In this document: piece after piece, positions 26,615 to 32,000 of the stretch
Layout: each line of letters starts with the position of its first letter
How positions within the stretch are numbered: position 1 is the first letter of the stretch
Translations under genes and position numbers: made by a program
Notes under the pieces: model-generated
What the model saw: the letters and a program-made list of their open reading frames with translations, nothing else
The model's database searches: none
What the model was told of the DNA's origin: nothing
Source of the DNA: Raphidiopsis brookii D9
Lineage (GTDB): Bacteria; Cyanobacteriota; Cyanobacteriia; Cyanobacteriales; Nostocaceae
Reading direction: 5' to 3'
NCBI GenBank assembly: GCA_000175855.1
Contig: ACYB01000046.1
Location: forward strand, 30,001-62,000
Length of the DNA stretch: 32,000 bases

Positions 26615-27958
26615 CTACAAACTCATGGCAGTTCTAAAACCCACATGCTGATAGAAATAGGGGCGAAACCAGTTGCGATAACAGGGTAGGGCCATAGTGC
26701 CATTTGTAGCCCAAGAACCACCAACCATCATTTGATGCTTACCATCAAAAAATGGTGCTGACTGGTCCTCATATAGATAATGGGTGGTAAATCCAGGTAG
26801 GGGAGAAAAGGTACTAGATAACCACTCCCACAGGTTTCCTTGTAGGTCAGCTAACCCGGATATTTCTGAAAACATGCCCACAGGACTGGGAGAAATATAT
26901 TTCAGGTTGAGATTATAGTTATTGTTTCTAGTGATCTGGTTATTGGTGGAAAATTCCCAAGCCCGATTCCATTCTGCTTCTGTCATTAAACGAGTACCTT
27001 GCCATTGACAGTAAGCCATTGCTTCATAATAATTGACTTCCACTGGCCAATCTAGAGGCAATTCTAAAATATCAAAAGTTGCCCGATACTTGTAATTATG
27101 GGAATTTTCCAGTAGCCAAAATTTAGGATGTTGCACATTATTTTGTTGTTTCCATCGCCAGGATTCACCATGCCAATATTCTGAATTTTCATAGCCACCA
27201 GCTTGTACAAATCGCAAAAATTCTCCATTGGTAATTAGATTCTTACTGGCTAAAAATGGTCGAACTACAATCTCTAAACTGCCATATTCGCTATCCCAAC
27301 CAAAAGTTAAATCATTTTCTTTTTTGCCTAATTTAACTAAACCACCAGGAATTTCCTGCATTTGATTGTGAGGTGTTTCACCATGACTGGGTACATAGTT
27401 CCATCCTGACGGTAATCTTACATGCTCAACTGGTAACTGACGTAGTAGCATAGAAGAGGTCTCAAAATGTATGCGACTGTGTTCAATACCCATTAATAAT
27501 GCCCACAGGGGATGTTGGGGGTGAATAGGCAAATTTAAAGATGTATTTTCAATGATCCCAGTAATTGCTTGTCTGGCATTTTCTCTATATTCCCAAACCT
27601 GGTCTACATCGGGCCAGATGATATGTTGAGTTGCCAATTCTAGTTCATCAGGTGTTTCTGGGTCCACACCAACCTCGAACAGAAGCTCAAATTGGGGATT
27701 GATGGGATTTGGCAATAATCCAACCCGAACTAACTTGTTAATGTAAAAAACTGCTGAGTGTCCTAAATAAAAAATTAATCGGTTTCTCAAAGGATCCGGA
27801 TTAAGGTAAAAAGCATCCGGGTGAGTGATGCTTTTAAGTAAGGTTGTTTCTAATTCCCAAGAATTGTTAAAGTAATCAAGCAGGTTTTTCCTGCTACAAT
27901 AATCTAGGTTGATGACTTGGGTAGATGCTAGATGAGGGAGTTGGGATAGGGTTGGCAT
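26615..27958 (-). CDS. egtB: Ergothioneine biosynthesis sulfoxide synthase EgtB (DinB-like + FGE-sulfatase domains)
   Basis: 447-aa ORF. The N-terminal DinB-like His-rich segments are YLGHSAVFY and GIEHSRIHFE. The C-terminal FGE-type motifs are GNLWEWL and VGGSWAT. Confidence 0.88.
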   Translation of the reverse strand: MPTLSQLPHLASTQVINLDYCSRKNLLDYFNNSWELETTLLKSITHPDAFYLNPDPLRNRLIFYLGHSAVFYINKLVRVGLLPNPINPQFELLFEVGVDPETPDELELATQHIIWPDVDQVWEYRENARQAITGIIENTSLNLPIHPQHPLWALLMGIEHSRIHFETSSMLLRQLPVEHVRLPSGWNYVPSHGETPHNQMQEIPGGLVKLGKKENDLTFGWDSEYGSLEIVVRPFLASKNLITNGEFLRFVQAGGYENSEYWHGESWRWKQQNNVQHPKFWLLENSHNYKYRATFDILELPLDWPVEVNYYEAMAYCQWQGTRLMTEAEWNRAWEFSTNNQITRNNNYNLNLKYISPSPVGMFSEISGLADLQGNLWEWLSSTFSPLPGFTTHYLYEDQSAPFFDGKHQMMVGGSWATNGTMALPCYRNWFRPYFYQHVGFRTAMSL

Positions 27959-28110
27959 TGTTTGAGGTTAAATTTTATCCGGGTTATCAGCACACTATTC
28001 ATGTACATGCTTTTATATAAATACTACACCTAGAGGCGTTTTTTTCATTGTTAACCAAAATTTAACCATTATGGTTTATCTACCCAGGAATGGTTATTTC
28101 GCCGATTGAG

Positions 28111-29268
28111 CTAGTGTGATTTTTTCAACGCCAAAATCTCAGCTTCACTACTTTCTCTAGCAATGCGAATTAATAAAGAGCAAGCCATTAAACTAGCAAC
28201 CATAGAATTACCACCATAACTAAACATGGGTAAAGGTAAACCTGTGGTTGGTATGGCACCTGTGGTCACAGCAATATGTAATAGTGATTGTCCAATTATA
28301 AGTACAGTCATTCCTGTTGCTACTAATTTATGGACAGGGTTTTTAGCCTTGAAGGCAATTATTAACCCCAAAGTTGCAAATACCCCTAACAGTAATAAAA
28401 TCACCATGCCACCCACAAAACCAAACTCCTCAGCGAAAACTGCAAAAATAAAATCCGTATCTTGAATAGGTAAATAAAACAATTTCTGCTGGGACATGCC
28501 AAATCCCACTCCCCAGGTTTGACCCGTACCCACTGCTAACAAACTTTGTACTAACTGATATCCATCACCGGTAGGATCAGCCCAGGGATTTAAAAACGAC
28601 GTGACTCGACGCCGTTGGTACTCCTTAATACTCATACTCAATAATGCTAGGAAAAACCCTCCCAAAGCCGTTCCCACTAGGTATCTATAGGGTATACCAC
28701 TAGCTAGAGCAATAAACCAAATTGTCATACCACAAAGCGCAGTAGTACTAAGATTAGGTTGGGCAAGAATCCCTAACAGGACTAAACAAAACACACCTAA
28801 CCAAAACAGACGAACTTGTGAGGAGAGGTTTTCCCACTGGGCAAAAAGTCTAGCACTTTGTAGGACTAAAAATGGCTTGATTAATTCCGATGGTTGAATG
28901 GGAATAGGACCGATGGCTATCCACCGCGCTGCATCAAAAGCCTTTTTTCCCACCCCGGGAACGAGGATGAGAAAAATTAATAATAAAAATAGGAATAAAA
29001 ACCAATGAGATGCTGCTAAAATTTTAGACAGGGGAGTATTTACAATCCAGTTAAATAAAATGAGACCAACAAACACCCAAATAATTTGACGTTTAAAGTA
29101 GTACAAACCATCACCCTGGCGTTCAGAAGCTACGGGGTAGGACGCAGAAAAAAGCATAATTAACCCCAGTACTAACCACAACAATGTCAACCAGCGCAAC
29201 AAACGCGCTTCCGGGGCCCAATTACCAGGAGAATGATCAAAAAATGGAATGAGTTGACGTAGGTTCAC
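28111..29268 (-). CDS. ftsW: SEDS-family peptidoglycan polymerase, probably FtsW
   Basis: Polytopic ORF with SEDS motifs PSELIKP and GLPLPMFSYGGNSM. The track ORF starts at 29304 with TTG. I prefer the GTG at 29268 (giving MNLRQLIPFF...), so the start is uncertain. FtsW versus RodA cannot be settled by eye. Confidence 0.7.
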   Translation of the reverse strand: MNLRQLIPFFDHSPGNWAPEARLLRWLTLLWLVLGLIMLFSASYPVASERQGDGLYYFKRQIIWVFVGLILFNWIVNTPLSKILAASHWFLFLFLLLIFLILVPGVGKKAFDAARWIAIGPIPIQPSELIKPFLVLQSARLFAQWENLSSQVRLFWLGVFCLVLLGILAQPNLSTTALCGMTIWFIALASGIPYRYLVGTALGGFFLALLSMSIKEYQRRRVTSFLNPWADPTGDGYQLVQSLLAVGTGQTWGVGFGMSQQKLFYLPIQDTDFIFAVFAEEFGFVGGMVILLLLGVFATLGLIIAFKAKNPVHKLVATGMTVLIIGQSLLHIAVTTGAIPTTGLPLPMFSYGGNSMVASLMACSLLIRIARESSEAEILALKKSH

Positions 29269-29356
29269 GTTAAAACTATATATGTTTATACCGCCCCACT
29301 GCAAGTAAGGCGGTTATGGATTCGGGAGAGACTTGACTAGTTCTGACCTATGAGAA

Positions 29357-29563
29357 TCATGCCAAACCAGTATTAGTACCTTGCCTACCAGTTGCTAATT
29401 CTACCTTAACGATTTTACCACCCATTTTCTGAATTCTTTGCTGCTCACGGAACCAGTTTTCGTAGGGAACCAACTTGGTAAAATAAGTATTCTGTAATTC
29501 CCTTTGGGTGCGGGTGCGGGTTAAGCTGGGAACGCAAGCGGTTACTTTAAATAAACGAGCCAT
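29357..29563 (-). CDS. apcC: Phycobilisome core linker LC7.8 (ApcC)
   Basis: 68-aa ORF MARLFKVTACVPSLTRTRTQRELQNTYFTKLVPYENWFREQQRIQKMGGKIVKVELATG, a classic small core linker. AGGGAG lies upstream of the ATG. It is downstream of apcA-apcB. Confidence 0.95.
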   Translation of the reverse strand: MARLFKVTACVPSLTRTRTQRELQNTYFTKLVPYENWFREQQRIQKMGGKIVKVELATGRQGTNTGLA

Positions 29564-29612
29564 TTTTTCTAAACTCCCTGTGTTTTGGAAAACCTTTTTT
29601 ATTGGAAAAATC

Positions 29613-29634
29613 TTGAGACCAAGTCCCGTCTCAA
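29613..29634 (-). terminator. Second hairpin + T-run just upstream of apcC (possible attenuating terminator)
   Basis: ttgagac-caagtccc-gtctcaa forms a 7-bp stem. On the minus strand it is followed by GATTTTTCC. It lies about 50 nt upstream of the apcC ATG. Confidence 0.4.
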
Positions 29635-29691
29635 ATCTTTGAATTTATAGCTCTAGTCAGAACGCTATAGACAGGGTTGATGGGTAAAAGC

Positions 29692-29726
29692 AGCCATTTT
29701 GAGTCGCCTTGTAGGTGACTATGGCT
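29692..29726 (-). terminator. Candidate intrinsic terminator / RNA-stabilising hairpin downstream of apcB
   Basis: Outer stem agccat/atggct and inner stem agtcgcc/ggtgact (one mismatch in the minus-strand RNA). On the transcribed minus strand it is followed by CTTTTAC. Confidence 0.45.
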
Positions 29727-29901
29727 ATATCTATTCTATTCTCTATTCCCTCAAAGTCTGGAAATCTAACATCAATACTAGACCGCTAATACTCACTCGA
29801 AGCATATAGAACGACCCAGAACTCATATTTGATTTCCAGACCTTAATCAAGTAGCACTGCCAACATTCATTCATAGAATGCCAAAAAGTGCTAACTCACT
29901 C

Positions 29902-30387
29902 TTAGCTCAAACCAGAGGAAATATAGTCGAAGTAAACTCCCATTTCCTTACCAGCATCAGCACCGACCAAGCTAGCAGTTACTTCCTTCATGGCTTGGAT
30001 CGCTTGAACTGTAGCACCAGCGGGTACACCCAAGGAGTTGTAGGTTTCTTTCAAACCGTTTAATACACGCTCATCTAGGATGGAAGCATCTCCAGCTAAC
30101 ATGGCGTAGGTAGAATAACGCAAGTAGTAATCCAAATCACGGATACAAGCTGCGTAGCGGCGAGTGGTGTACATGTTACCACCGGGACGGGTAATATCCG
30201 AGTACAACAGGGACTTAGCTACAGCTTCTTTTACGATCGCAGCAGCATTAGCACTGATGGTGGTAGCTGCACGCACGCGCAGTTCACCAGTCGCAAAGTA
30301 GCCTTTCAGCTTTTCTAGAGCAGCGGTGTCCAGGTATTTACCTTGAACGTCAGAAGAATTAATTACAGAGGTAATAGCGTCTTGCAT
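29902..30387 (-). CDS. apcB: Allophycocyanin beta subunit
   Basis: 161-aa [23 protein letters not shown]... with the chromophore-binding region [14 protein letters not shown]. Confidence 0.97.
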   Translation of the reverse strand: MQDAITSVINSSDVQGKYLDTAALEKLKGYFATGELRVRAATTISANAAAIVKEAVAKSLLYSDITRPGGNMYTTRRYAACIRDLDYYLRYSTYAMLAGDASILDERVLNGLKETYNSLGVPAGATVQAIQAMKEVTASLVGADAGKEMGVYFDYISSGLS

Positions 30388-30455
30388 TGTTGTTATTTCC
30401 TTATTTCCAACCTGATTGCAAAAGTTTTCGGTTCTAGCTGTGGAATCGCTCTAAC

Positions 30456-30941
30456 CTATGACATTGCACCAACAACGTAGTCGAAGTAAGCACCTGCTTC
30501 AGCTGAGTCTTCAGCGGACAACAGAGTAGCAGCAACGGATTTCATTGCAGCAACGCCACCAGCTACAGCGTCAATGGGAGTACCCAAAGACTTGTACATT
30601 TCACGAACACCAACGATACCGATTTCTTCGATGGGGGTAACATCTCCAGAAACGATTCCGTAGGTTACAAGACGCAAGTAGTAGTCTAGGTCACGAAGAC
30701 AGGTAGCTGTCATTTCTTGACCGTAAGCGTTACCACCGGGAGAAACAACATCAGGGCGCTTTTGGAACAATTGGTCGCCAGCTTGCTTAACGATGCGCTC
30801 CCGGTTGTCGGTCAATACTTGGGCAATACGAAGACGTGCTGCACCACCGGAAACAAAGCTCTTAATCCGATCTAACTCACCAGGGCTGAGGTAGCGAGCT
30901 TCTGCATCAGCATTCACGATGGACTTCGTGACGATACTCAT
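30456..30941 (-). CDS. apcA: Allophycocyanin alpha subunit
   Basis: 161-aa [33 protein letters not shown]... with [14 protein letters not shown]. Confidence 0.97.
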   Translation of the reverse strand: MSIVTKSIVNADAEARYLSPGELDRIKSFVSGGAARLRIAQVLTDNRERIVKQAGDQLFQKRPDVVSPGGNAYGQEMTATCLRDLDYYLRLVTYGIVSGDVTPIEEIGIVGVREMYKSLGTPIDAVAGGVAAMKSVAATLLSAEDSAEAGAYFDYVVGAMS

Positions 30942-31248
30942 TAATGGATTCCTCCAAAACTAATGACACCAGGTTTGAAACTGGTAGGATTTTCATTGGT
31001 CGATAGCAGTTTTGTATCTTAATACATTCTGGGTTACATTTGCTCCCCACATGTGAAGAAGTTACCAAATTTTTCTATCCTTCCGGAAAATATTTTCCAG
31101 CATTATGTTGAGCATTTATTACTGCTCTTAACACTTTGTAATATTTTTTTTCACAATCGCTCATTTTCCGGGTTTTGGGTCTGGGGAATTGTAAAACAGG
31201 CGTAACTTTACCTGTCACTACCTGTCCTATTTATTCCCCCCATCTACC

Positions 31249-32000
31249 TTATCTGTTGGTACCGCGACCGGTTAAAACGGATGGAGATAGACTAGACCAA
31301 GACTGTTTAACTAGATCTGCTTCAGCTTTTACACTACCTAGGTAATTACCAGCAGGTAAGGATGGGAAGCGGTTATAGGGGACAACGTCTTCACCAAAGT
31401 AACGACTGTATTCCCCAGTATTGACTATGGTTTCTACAGCTGTTCTGAGACCACTATCTGCCAATATTTTGTTATATTGACGGATTTCACCTTGGGTTGC
31501 AGGAGCTCTCCCTAAAATGTGACGGAACAAGAATTCAATCACTTTGGTGTTGGGATAGGGTGTGTAGAACCGCTTGCGATAAATCTCCGAACTGGCTAGT
31601 TCAATCACAAATTCACGCACGGTGATTTCCCCATTACGCAGTCTACTGTCTAAATCACTGCGTCTGATATAGTCGGGAATTTGCCCACTAAATACATCCA
31701 TTACCTGAACGTAAATCGCATTGATTACCTGGTTGATCTCAGGTTTATTTGTACCTACGGTCATTCGGTAGATACGAGCTGGTTTGCGGCGACTTGTGCC
31801 CACACCAACTTCTACTGATTGACCACGACCATCGTTGAAAGAACGACCCAATTCAATAAACAATGGTTTAGACTTGTCCATTTGTTTAGCTTTAATGGCT
31901 AAATCCGCGATCGCATTGCCTAAAAGTGGGGTATTTTCCGACTTAATCCGAGGTTGTAGGGTTTCAAAGCTGGGCACAACCAAATCATCATTTTGTTTAG
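31249..32000 (-). CDS. apcE: Phycobilisome core-membrane linker ApcE (LCM), C-terminal part only; the gene continues beyond the window
   Basis: The open frame runs to the window edge. It contains a phycobilisome-linker (REP) domain: FVIELASSEIYRKRFYTPYPNTKVIEFLFRHILGRAPATQGEIRQYNKIL. The apcE-apcA-apcB-apcC order is canonical. Confidence 0.88.
   Translation of the reverse strand, partial: KQNDDLVVPSFETLQPRIKSENTPLLGNAIADLAIKAKQMDKSKPLFIELGRSFNDGRGQSVEVGVGTSRRKPARIYRMTVGTNKPEINQVINAIYVQVMDVFSGQIPDYIRRSDLDSRLRNGEITVREFVIELASSEIYRKRFYTPYPNTKVIEFLFRHILGRAPATQGEIRQYNKILADSGLRTAVETIVNTGEYSRYFGEDVVPYNRFPSLPAGNYLGSVKAEADLVKQSWSSLSPSVLTGRGTNR

Overview
Chromosomal window from a low-GC cyanobacterium (hand counts of sampled lines give about 35-40% GC in ordinary genes). 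It is probably a Nostocales-type genome: allophycocyanin operon, chlM, phylloquinone genes, 9 HIP1 palindromes (GCGATCGC) and STRR-like heptamer repeats. Gene order is as follows. (1) The first five genes of the atp1 operon (protein I, a, c, b', b; minus strand; b cut by the window edge). (2) A SAM methyltransferase. (3) A phylloquinone cluster: menF, divergent menA-menC-menE, and a convergent DHNA-CoA thioesterase. (4) A kinase + HopA1-like + small-ORF operon, divergent from a P-loop ATPase + membrane coiled-coil pair. (5) chlM. (6) A betaine/ergothioneine-type ABC importer (fused permease/binding protein) whose ATPase is broken by a 1-nt frameshift in an A8 run. (7) A lone radical SAM gene, richer in GC than its neighbours, behind a 471-bp ORF-free leader and convergent with an AT-rich DUF427 + PP-loop/Zn-ribbon operon. 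(8) Two MscS channels, egtB-egtD, ftsW, and apcE(3' end)-apcA-apcB-apcC. I saw no rRNA, tRNA, CRISPR array, transposase or integrase. The best candidates for something undescribed are the kinase/HopA1-like module (it resembles the split Ser/Thr dehydratases of class V lanthipeptides and thioamitides but has no RiPP context) and the radical SAM / PP-loop / DUF427 corner. All family assignments come from motif recognition by eye and need HMM or BLAST confirmation.
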